A stretch of DNA of 64,000 nt from Escherichia coli (GTDB taxonomy: Bacteria; Pseudomonadota; Gammaproteobacteria; Enterobacterales; Enterobacteriaceae), in the NCBI RefSeq assembly GCF_003018255.1, contig NZ_CP027441.1; one strand, written 5' to 3'. Below the pieces are notes generated by a model that saw only the letters and a program-made list of their open reading frames with translations, searched no databases and was not told where the DNA came from. The first letter of the stretch is position 1. Each line of letters opens with the position of its first letter. This document shows, piece by piece, positions 30,032-39,212 of this stretch. A program made the position numbers and the translations under genes.

Positions 30032-30411
30032 TGAAAATTCACCGCATATCCCCGGAGACGCTTATAACACTCATCCTCGCACACCTGGCCGGAAAAGCTG
30101 ACAGTACCGCCAAAGAAGAGCATCGGCTACTCCGTCGGTTCCTTCGGGATGATGACGGCAGGCTGGCCGGCATACTGCTGAATATTGCCGGAATACTTCA
30201 GTTCAACAGGGAATTAAGCGCCCGGCATAATTATCCGGCCACACCCCTGACTGATTTTTCATTAAGGAAACGGGGAAAACAACTACATCTCTGTCTCTGC
30301 AGTCTCCGTTTCTTTTATATCCCCCCTGTATTTATACGAAATGAAAGAAGAAAATGTATTGTTGTACATATTAATAAAATCACTTATCCGCCAGTAAATT
30401 CACTACGCTGA
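30028..30411 (+). CDS. hypothetical protein (127 aa)
   Basis: Start overlaps the previous stop; Arg-rich; followed by a 160-bp AT-rich spacer. Confidence 0.4.
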   Translation: MMKIHRISPETLITLILAHLAGKADSTAKEEHRLLRRFLRDDDGRLAGILLNIAGILQFNRELSARHNYPATPLTDFSLRKRGKQLHLCLCSLRFFYIPPVFIRNERRKCIVVHINKITYPPVNSLR

Positions 30412-30586
30412 CAGCGTGTTTCCACCTTATTACATTTTTATTATTAACTGTAATCACACAGAAATACGCACCTGTCCCTCAACAGATTATTTATTTTCTC
30501 TGCTGTTTTTTCATGCCACATCCCCTGCTGTGGCATCAAAAAATATCAGACCGTGATGATTCATCCTTACCGGAGTGCTCCATGCC

Positions 30587-33500
30587 ATGAATATCAACCG
30601 CATTATTTTTGCCATTGAAGACTGTATCAGTACCCTGTCACGGTATTCCGTTTCCGCATTCTTCCCCGATTACTGTGATCTGCACACCGTCATCGGTCTG
30701 GACCAACAGGACCGCGAACGCCGCCCCTGGCTGAAAGCCCCCTACATTGCCACCACCAAACAGGGGTATTACCTTTCCGTCTTTGAAATCAGCGGTGCCC
30801 TGAAAGAAATGGATGAAAACCCGGACCTGACAGCCCCCGGCACACTGGAATCACTGATTACAGCGCTGGCCGAGCGAATGAACACTGCCTATAAAAACAC
30901 CGGTCACAAAATCAGTTTTGTTTTCGAACGCGATCCGGAGCGTGGAAGGGATGAAATCGAAGCCATGCTCTTACCCCAGCGAAAATCCATCGCACGCACG
31001 GGGATCCTGCTTCAGGACGTTCTGGATGAAAAAGTCACCACACTCACCCCCTGGCTTGTCCGGGAACGCTGCTGGCTGACCGTCTGGAGCTCTGAAGAAC
31101 TGCTGAGCCGGACCGATCGCAAGGACCACCAGACCCGTATCAGGAAACTCGCTGAACACGCTCCGCCAGCCCGATTTGCGCAGGATCCATGGCGCTGGAC
31201 ACTTTCCGCACTCAAAATACGGCATGACGCCTTTCTGGACACGCTGGAGCAGGCCCTGACACATGATTCTGATGGTCTGCTGGTTCGCCTGATGGATATT
31301 CATGAAGTGGGACGGGAAATCCGCCGTCAACTGGAGCGCAACAGCACACCTGCAGTATGGCAGCCTCATCTGCCTGAAGATGCCCGTCCTGCCGGCTGGC
31401 GACAGGGCGAGGATACCTCTGTATTCCACGCACCGTCGCTGAATCTGCAGTTATTCACCACACAGCCTGAAACACACGGCAGCCTGATAAAGGCCGGTGA
31501 CCTCTGGCACGGTATGGTCGCCATTACCCTGCCACCCCAGAATCTGCGGACATTCAACCAGCTGGTCAGGGATGTGCCCCGCGCAATCCCCTGGCGTATC
31601 CGGATGGATCTGATGCCCGGCGGCATGAAGGCGCTTGGGGTCAAGAAAACCCTGCTGACCTACAGCAGCTTTATTTCCCCTCTCCGGCCCATGTATGACT
31701 CGGTGATGATGCTGAATGACATCAACAAACATGATCCGGTCTGTATCATGACCATTGTTGCCACCACATGGGGAAACAGCCGGGAAGTCTGTACCCGCAA
31801 CCAGGCTCTCCTGAAATCTGCGCTGGAAGGCTGGGGAGTATGCGGCACCACCACCACCTTCGGTGATCCGAGACGTACCTGGGTGAACACGGTTCTGGCG
31901 GCCTCCCACGGTTCCGGTCCAGTCCCCCTTTACCCGCCCCTTTCACACGCCCTTTCCCTGTTTCCCCTGAACAGGGCCGGCTCTGTCTGGCGGGGACAGG
32001 GAAATCTGATGATGCACACCGAAGACGGCTCTGCATGGGAGGTCGCGCTGGCATCGTCACAACAGAACAAGCACACGGAACTGACGCCCGGCGCACCCGG
32101 TCTGGGCAAATCGGTACTCATCAACGCACTGTCGGAGATCCAGATAGCCTCAGCCCAGAAGAACCTGCCTTTCATTGCCTATATCGACAAGGGATTCAGT
32201 GCACAGGGACTGGTACAGCTTATCCGTGACAGCCTGCCGGAGCAGAGAAAGGACGAAGCCGTGGGGATCATTCTGAGCAATGATCCGGAACACACCCGTA
32301 ACCTGTTTGATGTGATGTACGGTGCTAAAAAACCCGCCACCCCGGAAAAGAACTTCATGGTATCTGTACTCTGCGCACTGTGCGTGGATACCGGCACCGG
32401 TCAGCCCTGTAATCCCGGTGACACCCGGCAAATCATAAGCAACCTGGTGGATCTGGCCTTCAGGGAGTATGGCGAAAACAACCCCAGACTGTACCGTGCA
32501 GGAACAGAGCCCCTTGTGGATCTCGCCCTGGAAGAGAGTGGCATCGCAGAACAACATGACGCTGGATGGTGGAATGCTGCCACCTGGTTTGAAATCAGGG
32601 ACATGCTGCATATGGCTGGCAATATCCCCGCAGCCCAGCGGGCACACTACCAGGCCATGCCCCTGCTGGCTGAAATGTCCGCCCTGCTGGGACAGCCATC
32701 CATCCGGGATGTGTTCGGCACAGTTCAGCGCGATAACTCAGCAGAATTGTTACTGGACTACATCCGCCGTGCCCTCGTTCAGGGACACAGTGACTACCCG
32801 ATGATGTCCGGCTGTACCCGGTTTATGCTCAGCCCCGACACCCGCGTCGTGGCCGTTGATCTGAACAATGTGGCCGGTGACAAGACACCTGCCGGGCGTC
32901 TGCGCACCGGCATCATGTACCTGCTGGCAGGACAAATCGCCGGCGGGGATTTTGTCCTGCCGCAGTATCAGGAGGAAATACGGAAAAATCTCGACCCACG
33001 CTACCATGAGGTGATTTTCCGCCGCATTGAACAGCTTGATCAGGAGGTCAAGACCAAAGTCTATGACGAACTGCACAATGCAAAAGGGATCAATTTCATC
33101 TGGGAAGCCCTGGACACCCAGGAGCTGGAGCAGCGTAAGTTCGGGATACGCACAGTGCTGAGCACCCAGCTACTGCAGGACTATCCACCGGCAGTTCTCA
33201 AATCCGCCAACACCCTCTGGTTGCTGCGTTACCGCCCTGACGAAATTCCGTTTCTGCGGGATAATTTTGGTGTCCCTGAAGTCACCCTGCGGCGCTTTCT
33301 GAAAATGCCGGAAGGGGCTGCACCGGATGGCAGCGGTGTCCCGGTACTGGCTGTGTTCCGTGTAAAAAACGGTACGCTGGCCCGGATCCTGAAATTCACT
33401 CTCGGTCCACTGGAGCTGTGGGCACTGAATTCCTCACCCAAAGACAGCGCCCTGAGACGTGCGCTGACGCAGGAGCTCGGGTCACTGCGGGCACGCCAGA

Positions 33501-33631
33501 TCCTGGCAGAAAACTTTCCCCGTGGTTCAGCCACCTCACTGATAGAACACCGCGCCCGTACACATGACAGTGAAAACGTCATCCATGATCTGGCTGCAGA
33601 ACTCATCCGTAAGCAGGGATATCACCTCTGA
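30587..33631 (+). CDS. traU: conjugation ATPase TraU (DotO/IcmB-like)
   Basis: 1014 aa from MNINR (track ORF starts 12 nt upstream); Walker A GAPGLGKS; size matches R64 TraU as recalled. Confidence 0.8.
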   Translation: MNINRIIFAIEDCISTLSRYSVSAFFPDYCDLHTVIGLDQQDRERRPWLKAPYIATTKQGYYLSVFEISGALKEMDENPDLTAPGTLESLITALAERMNTAYKNTGHKISFVFERDPERGRDEIEAMLLPQRKSIARTGILLQDVLDEKVTTLTPWLVRERCWLTVWSSEELLSRTDRKDHQTRIRKLAEHAPPARFAQDPWRWTLSALKIRHDAFLDTLEQALTHDSDGLLVRLMDIHEVGREIRRQLERNSTPAVWQPHLPEDARPAGWRQGEDTSVFHAPSLNLQLFTTQPETHGSLIKAGDLWHGMVAITLPPQNLRTFNQLVRDVPRAIPWRIRMDLMPGGMKALGVKKTLLTYSSFISPLRPMYDSVMMLNDINKHDPVCIMTIVATTWGNSREVCTRNQALLKSALEGWGVCGTTTTFGDPRRTWVNTVLAASHGSGPVPLYPPLSHALSLFPLNRAGSVWRGQGNLMMHTEDGSAWEVALASSQQNKHTELTPGAPGLGKSVLINALSEIQIASAQKNLPFIAYIDKGFSAQGLVQLIRDSLPEQRKDEAVGIILSNDPEHTRNLFDVMYGAKKPATPEKNFMVSVLCALCVDTGTGQPCNPGDTRQIISNLVDLAFREYGENNPRLYRAGTEPLVDLALEESGIAEQHDAGWWNAATWFEIRDMLHMAGNIPAAQRAHYQAMPLLAEMSALLGQPSIRDVFGTVQRDNSAELLLDYIRRALVQGHSDYPMMSGCTRFMLSPDTRVVAVDLNNVAGDKTPAGRLRTGIMYLLAGQIAGGDFVLPQYQEEIRKNLDPRYHEVIFRRIEQLDQEVKTKVYDELHNAKGINFIWEALDTQELEQRKFGIRTVLSTQLLQDYPPAVLKSANTLWLLRYRPDEIPFLRDNFGVPEVTLRRFLKMPEGAAPDGSGVPVLAVFRVKNGTLARILKFTLGPLELWALNSSPKDSALRRALTQELGSLRARQILAENFPRGSATSLIEHRARTHDSENVIHDLAAELIRKQGYHL

Positions 33632-34248
33632 TGTACAGCATACACATCACTCCCCGCTGCCGGCGTCCTGCACGGGGACAGGTCTTCCTGAAAACGCTGC
33701 GCGTGGACGGTGACAGTTTCAGCTTCACCCTGCCGTCCGCCTGCTTCACGCTGCGTCCCTCCCCCAATCCCCGGGTCATTTTTGCCAGTGACAGACGGGC
33801 TGACGGGGAAATGAGTGGCGTTCGCCTGGCTCTGCCCGGAGAGACAGGCACACTGATAACAACGGCCACCTGGCAGGTCAACGTGCCGGAGCGGCCTCCT
33901 TTTGATATACAGCATGTCATTCACTGGCTCCTGCCCTCGCCTCTCACGACGCTGATGTCCGACAACACCTGGCTGTGGCCGGATAGCCCCGGCACACCGG
34001 CACTGACGGCGGGAGACTGGCCGGTAATGGAAACCGATACCCCGACGCTGAAACGCGTGAAGCGTCGTACCTTCACGCTCATCGATAACCGCAACCGTCA
34101 GGGATGGATCACCCGTCGCTTCCAGTGCTTCCCGCTGGCTCCGCTGCCGGAATCACACAGTCACCGCGTACCAGACATCCTGTATCCCCTGAAAACGGAG
34201 AAAAAAGAATGCAAAGGCAACCAGCAACCACACTGCTTGCACTCCTGA
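33631..34248 (+). CDS. traV: conjugal transfer protein TraV
   Basis: 205 aa; position and size. Confidence 0.6.
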   Translation: MYSIHITPRCRRPARGQVFLKTLRVDGDSFSFTLPSACFTLRPSPNPRVIFASDRRADGEMSGVRLALPGETGTLITTATWQVNVPERPPFDIQHVIHWLLPSPLTTLMSDNTWLWPDSPGTPALTAGDWPVMETDTPTLKRVKRRTFTLIDNRNRQGWITRRFQCFPLAPLPESHSHRVPDILYPLKTEKKECKGNQQPHCLHS

Positions 34249-35414
34249 TAGGCTGTACGGTTATCCCGTCCACCCACGCCTATCCTGTGACCGTAGTGGC
34301 CAGCCAGCCTGTCACCACACAAATCATGCCGGAGCTGGCCGCCATTCAGGGCGTGATGGCAGAGATGGTCCGTATGCAGACAGCCACCGGCACAGCCATC
34401 AACCAGAGTTCAGAGAAACTGGCCTCTGTCATTGCGCAGGATGGGCAGGCCACCCGTCAGCAGATGATATTCAGTAATGAAACCCGCCGGCTTGAGGAAG
34501 CCCGGAAGAGCTTCAGCGTGCCGGACTCCATCTGCAGTGAATCCGCCTCCGGAGTTGCAGCTGAAAGTCGCCGTGCAGCAGCGTCTGCGGCTGCACGTCT
34601 GAGTCAGGGAGGAGGCGTCAGCAGTAAACCCATCCGTGAACGTCTCTCCCGGGCAGCAGACTCACCAACCCGCGAGGCATATGACAGTGCAGGCATTCAT
34701 GCCGGTTACTGCACGGAAGCTGAATATGCCCGCTTTGGAGGAACCGATGTCTGCCCTGCCGTGGGCGAGCTGCCGGGCGGAGACAGCCAGGTGCGATCGC
34801 TCTATCAGGGTGCAGGCACAGCAGATACCCCTGCCGCCCTCACCTGGGATCAGAAACAGATTGATGCTGCCACGGCTTACATGAAAAACACCGCCAGACC
34901 GTCAGCGGGTCGTGCCCCGGGGAAAGGTGAAGTGGGAACACAGACCGGGCGCACGTATGTGGGCCTGCAGAATGAATACAACGGCATCATCGATGCCGCT
35001 TCTCATCCGCAACTGTCACTGATAGCTGACAGTACCCCTAATGAGGCCACCCGTGGAGCGCTGACTGAAGCCCTGCAGTCACCATCCGCTGCGGCATATT
35101 TTGACCGGACCGCATCATCAGAGGCCCGCACCCGTGGTCACATGAGCCAGCGGGAGTTTGAGGCCTTTGAAGCCGGCAGACGCTATGCAAACACCGACTG
35201 GCAGCAGGATCTGCAGGGCATGGAAGGCGATAACCTTCTCCGTGAACTGCTGCGCACTACCGCCCTGCTGAACTGGCAGATGAACGACCTGAAAGAGCAG
35301 ATACGCCAGGGTAATGTTATCGCCGGGCAGCAGCTGGCACTGGCGGCACGACAGTATTACGGACAGCGTCTCGGTGAACTGTCACAGGCCATGAGCCAGG
35401 GGAGCGTAAGATGA
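34209..35414 (+). CDS. traW: conjugal transfer lipoprotein TraW
   Basis: 401 aa from MQRQPATTLLALLIGC lipoprotein signal (track ORF starts 105 nt upstream). Confidence 0.7.
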   Translation: MQRQPATTLLALLIGCTVIPSTHAYPVTVVASQPVTTQIMPELAAIQGVMAEMVRMQTATGTAINQSSEKLASVIAQDGQATRQQMIFSNETRRLEEARKSFSVPDSICSESASGVAAESRRAAASAAARLSQGGGVSSKPIRERLSRAADSPTREAYDSAGIHAGYCTEAEYARFGGTDVCPAVGELPGGDSQVRSLYQGAGTADTPAALTWDQKQIDAATAYMKNTARPSAGRAPGKGEVGTQTGRTYVGLQNEYNGIIDAASHPQLSLIADSTPNEATRGALTEALQSPSAAAYFDRTASSEARTRGHMSQREFEAFEAGRRYANTDWQQDLQGMEGDNLLRELLRTTALLNWQMNDLKEQIRQGNVIAGQQLALAARQYYGQRLGELSQAMSQGSVR

Positions 35415-35980
35415 GAGACGACAACAGCACCGACAAAAAAAAACCGGCCCCCCGTCTCCGCCGCATCGGTGACATCGGGATAAACCTGTTCGCACCACTG
35501 GCAGAAACCCGGTGGATGCTGCGCAGCTGCCGCCATATGCTGGGCCAGCATAAAACGCGCCTGAAGCGCCTCATGCCCGACCGGCAACCGGAGAGTCCGG
35601 TCTGTATGACCTGGGAAGAAGCCGTCAGGGCCAGTGGCCTTACGGTCAACGAACTGGATCGGCGTCTGCGACGTCGCAGGATGTTCTGGCGGACAGGATT
35701 CTGGCTGATGATGATACCGGTACTTCTGCTGTGCGGCATGGCCCTTGCTGCCACAGCGCTTCCGGCCATCACCCTGATACGTATACTGGCCTGCCTGTTA
35801 CTGATGAGTGCCATTGCAGCACTGTGTGCCTCAAAAACCCTGATTGTGTCATACCGCCTCTGGCAACTGAATGAACGGCGGGTCAGCGAGGACGAACAGG
35901 GCACCTTCCCCGATTACCTGCAGGCCCGGCACGGCTGGAAACAGGCTACATGGCTGGCCATTACCCACCGGCAGTACTGA
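35411..35980 (+). CDS. traX: conjugal transfer membrane protein TraX
   Basis: 189 aa; transmembrane segments; position. Confidence 0.6.
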   Translation: MRDDNSTDKKKPAPRLRRIGDIGINLFAPLAETRWMLRSCRHMLGQHKTRLKRLMPDRQPESPVCMTWEEAVRASGLTVNELDRRLRRRRMFWRTGFWLMMIPVLLLCGMALAATALPAITLIRILACLLLMSAIAALCASKTLIVSYRLWQLNERRVSEDEQGTFPDYLQARHGWKQATWLAITHRQY

Positions 35981-36052
35981 CCGTCCGGTCTGCAATTCCT
36001 TTTCCTCATTCCGGAGGCTGATGCCCTGCATCCCTTCGGTTCCGGAGTTATC

Positions 36053-38218
36053 GTGAAAATCATACCCAGAGCACTGAGTGCGGGTCTGGCGCTGGCTGCC
36101 GTACCTGCACAGGCATTCGTCACCTATCAGGACATTGTGAGCGCCGCCACCAATCCGGATGACCTGTCGCGCCTGGCACTGGTCACCATTTTTGGCGACG
36201 TGGTCACAAATCCCCTGACAGCCAGCAGCAACACCATTATCGGTAACCTGTTCATGGTGTTTAACGCAATTATCGCCATTATGGGGATAGTCTGGTTCCT
36301 GTTTATTGGAATCCGCCATGTTGTCCGCACCGGCCACCAGGGCAATGTCTTTAACAACGGGCGGGACGTCGTCGGAATGCTCAGTATTGTGAGCGGTTTT
36401 ATGATGATTGTGCCCACCGCTTCCGGCTGGAGTCTGGCACAACTGGTCATGCTCTGGGGCGCATCCATCATGGGCATTGGTTCCGCCAATATCATGGTTC
36501 AGACTGCTGCAGAAAACATCGCTGAAGGCTATTCAATGACCGTACAGCCTGTTCATGTCTCCACCCGCACGGCAGCACGGGGAATACTGGAGATGGCGCT
36601 GTGCAAACACGCCATGAATGCAGGCCTCGATGACTTTAATCGTACTGCCCGTTCATCAACGCCCCCCATGAGCGAATCCTCACGGACAGAGAACGGCAGG
36701 TATACCGTCACCGTTTCAAATGGCAGTGCCACCTGCGGGAGTGTGAGTCTCACCGTGAAAGGGAATGGCAGCAACAACCAGTCCGCGCTGGACTATTTTT
36801 TCAATCCCTTCATTGAAACGGAGTATCAGGGAGTCCTGACGGCACAACGGTCTGCCATGGATACCATGCTCCGTGACCTGGACAGCGCAGCACAGGAATT
36901 TGTGTCAGCGTACCGGACCCGACGCGACACGGGTAACGGCAACCTGCCGGATATTGAAAGCCGTATTCAGAAGGCTGCCAACCGATATGAAGAAACGGTG
37001 CAGAAGGCGTTGCCAACAGATAACGCAGAAACTGAGCGCAGGGAGCAGCTGAAATCCTACCTGACCACCTACGGCTGGGTTGCCCTGGGGGCCTGGTACC
37101 AGACCTTTGCCACCGCCAACCAGCGACTGGCAGAACTGGCCGACCGTGCCCCCACTGTGAGTGGAGTTTCATCGCAGGGCGAAGCCGGAGATACTGAGTT
37201 CCTGAAGGAAGTCAAAGGAGCTTACCAGGCACAGTTGCAGAACTCACCATATACACCTGCACTGGGAACAGCCACCTCAGCCAGTGAATACCAGGCATCT
37301 AATACACAGAATCCTCAATCAGCCCTGTTAGAGTTCATAGGGCCAGGGTTAACTCGATTTTCAAATAAAGTAGCAACCATACATTCAGGAACAGGAACAA
37401 CGAGTCAGCAGGCAAATCCTCTGCTGAAAATGAAGGACATTGGTGATTACACCATGGTCACAACCGAAACCATCTGGGCGGGTTATACCACCGTCAGGGT
37501 GCTTTCCACTGCCGGCAGCAACTCCATTTTTGGTCGACTGGTCAATGCTGTTAGCGGCTTATCTGATGCCGCAAAGGCTTTTCTGGAAGCAGCTGCACCA
37601 CCGCTCTACTTCCTGCTGTTTTTGCTGTTCTGTGCCGGTTTTTCGTTATCCATTTACCTGCCGTTTATTCCGTTTATCTTCTGGATGACCGGCATCGGTA
37701 ACTGGATAGTCAGTGTACTGATTGGATGCGCCGCCGGCCCCCTGTGGGCCGCAACCCACCTGGGAACAAGTCAGGACAGAGGAAGTCGGGCCGCTTACGG
37801 TTACATCTACCTGATAGACAGCATGATCAGGCCTCTGTTGATGGTGTTCGGGTTCTTTTTTGCATCGGTCGCCATCGTGGCTGGCGGCACCATACTGAAT
37901 GCTCTGTACGCTGCAGCACTAATGAATGTCCAGATAAATTCTGTGACGGGGGTGTTCAGCATGGCGGGATTTTTGATGATTTATGCCCGCGCCTGTACCA
38001 CACTGGTTGCGGGCGTTTTTGCACTTCAGGCTTATCTGCCAGACCATGTGATTAATTTTCTGGGCGGACGTGACGGCGTTAATATGCTGGGGAATATGGT
38101 TTCTTCCGTCAAAGATATTATTGCCGGCGGAAACACCAATATACGCAGAACACCTGGCGTTCGTGAAGATAAACTGAAAAATATTAATAGAGATGATAAG
38201 GACGGAATAAAACAATAG
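36053..38218 (+). CDS. traY: polytopic inner-membrane protein TraY (DotA-like)
   Basis: 721 aa; signal peptide plus many transmembrane helices separated by a large periplasmic domain. Confidence 0.75.
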   Translation: MKIIPRALSAGLALAAVPAQAFVTYQDIVSAATNPDDLSRLALVTIFGDVVTNPLTASSNTIIGNLFMVFNAIIAIMGIVWFLFIGIRHVVRTGHQGNVFNNGRDVVGMLSIVSGFMMIVPTASGWSLAQLVMLWGASIMGIGSANIMVQTAAENIAEGYSMTVQPVHVSTRTAARGILEMALCKHAMNAGLDDFNRTARSSTPPMSESSRTENGRYTVTVSNGSATCGSVSLTVKGNGSNNQSALDYFFNPFIETEYQGVLTAQRSAMDTMLRDLDSAAQEFVSAYRTRRDTGNGNLPDIESRIQKAANRYEETVQKALPTDNAETERREQLKSYLTTYGWVALGAWYQTFATANQRLAELADRAPTVSGVSSQGEAGDTEFLKEVKGAYQAQLQNSPYTPALGTATSASEYQASNTQNPQSALLEFIGPGLTRFSNKVATIHSGTGTTSQQANPLLKMKDIGDYTMVTTETIWAGYTTVRVLSTAGSNSIFGRLVNAVSGLSDAAKAFLEAAAPPLYFLLFLLFCAGFSLSIYLPFIPFIFWMTGIGNWIVSVLIGCAAGPLWAATHLGTSQDRGSRAAYGYIYLIDSMIRPLLMVFGFFFASVAIVAGGTILNALYAAALMNVQINSVTGVFSMAGFLMIYARACTTLVAGVFALQAYLPDHVINFLGGRDGVNMLGNMVSSVKDIIAGGNTNIRRTPGVREDKLKNINRDDKDGIKQ

Positions 38219-38237
38219 AGTACAAAACAGTATTGCC

Positions 38238-38278
38238 ATATTCACCTGAAGAGATTAAAATACATTCAGGTGAATATG
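38238..38278 (+). promoter_or_regulatory. 14-bp perfect inverted repeat CATATTCACCTGAA / TTCAGGTGAATATG abutting the excA ribosome-binding site
   Basis: Arms at about 38238-38251 and 38265-38278; GGAGG SD and excA ATG follow directly. Confidence 0.45.
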
Positions 38279-38288
38279 GAGGTTTATT

Positions 38289-38939
38289 ATGAACACAACA
38301 AAAAACAGATATCCTTCCTGGTGGGCATATTACCACTTGGCCCGCAACGCTTATTTCTTATTAGGAATGCCGTGTTTACTTTTATACTCAGCCGCTTATA
38401 CATCAGATTTATTAGATGATAATCTAAGACATTCAATAAGTCTTTTTATTCTGGCATATGGATGTTATTTTCTTCTTTTCATTCCTCCGCTCTGGTTATA
38501 TCTGAGAACCAGGGCGAAGAAAAAGAAAGTCCAGCAGGTTGTTCAGCAGATAAAAGAAAGCAGTCCCTTTGCGCCGACCAGCGATTATGAGCAACTGTCA
38601 TTCTCGAAGAGTTGTTATTTCGGGATCGACATTAAAAACGGCACCATGCTGTATGTGCGTATTTATCCAAACAATGTGATGGATGTGATTGGTCTGGATA
38701 TTCACAACTTTACCCGCACGGTTGCTGAGGACGGCAAGCTGGAAATCCACACCACCTATGTGAGTCTGCCGATGATTCCTCTTGAGATCTCCGGCATCTC
38801 AGCAAGGACGCTGGCCAACACCATGCACACCATGGCTGCACGTGGATATGAGTACAAGGAACGTTTCCCACAGATGATCCGGTATCGGGTTAAAGAGTGG
38901 GAAAAAGTTGCCGGTGTTCCTGTTGCAGAAGTATTTTGA
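38289..38939 (+). CDS. excA: entry-exclusion inner-membrane protein ExcA
   Basis: 216 aa; two N-terminal transmembrane helices; immediately after traY. Confidence 0.6.
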   Translation: MNTTKNRYPSWWAYYHLARNAYFLLGMPCLLLYSAAYTSDLLDDNLRHSISLFILAYGCYFLLFIPPLWLYLRTRAKKKKVQQVVQQIKESSPFAPTSDYEQLSFSKSCYFGIDIKNGTMLYVRIYPNNVMDVIGLDIHNFTRTVAEDGKLEIHTTYVSLPMIPLEISGISARTLANTMHTMAARGYEYKERFPQMIRYRVKEWEKVAGVPVAEVF

Positions 38940-38971
38940 GGTAGCTATCAACTGTTAGACGATAATCCGTC

Positions 38972-39005
38972 AGCCGGTTTTCTCTGAACCGGCTTTTTCT
39001 TTTCA
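38972..39005 (+). terminator. rho-independent terminator after excA
   Basis: AGCCGGTT/AACCGGCT stem followed by TTTTTCTTTTC. Confidence 0.6.
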
Positions 39006-39212
39006 GGCAGAATGCCTGTCTGCCGTCTATCTCAGGACGCCGCATGGAGTCTCTATGTTTTCCCCACAAATTCTTAGCACTGTCTTGCCCACTGTAGACA
39101 AAATCAATACAATTCTGCATATCAGTTATCTATAAAAGATAACAATATCATTATAAATAATTATCATATCCACACACTCAAGGCAGTACCTAGAAAACAT
39201 AAAGATAAAATC

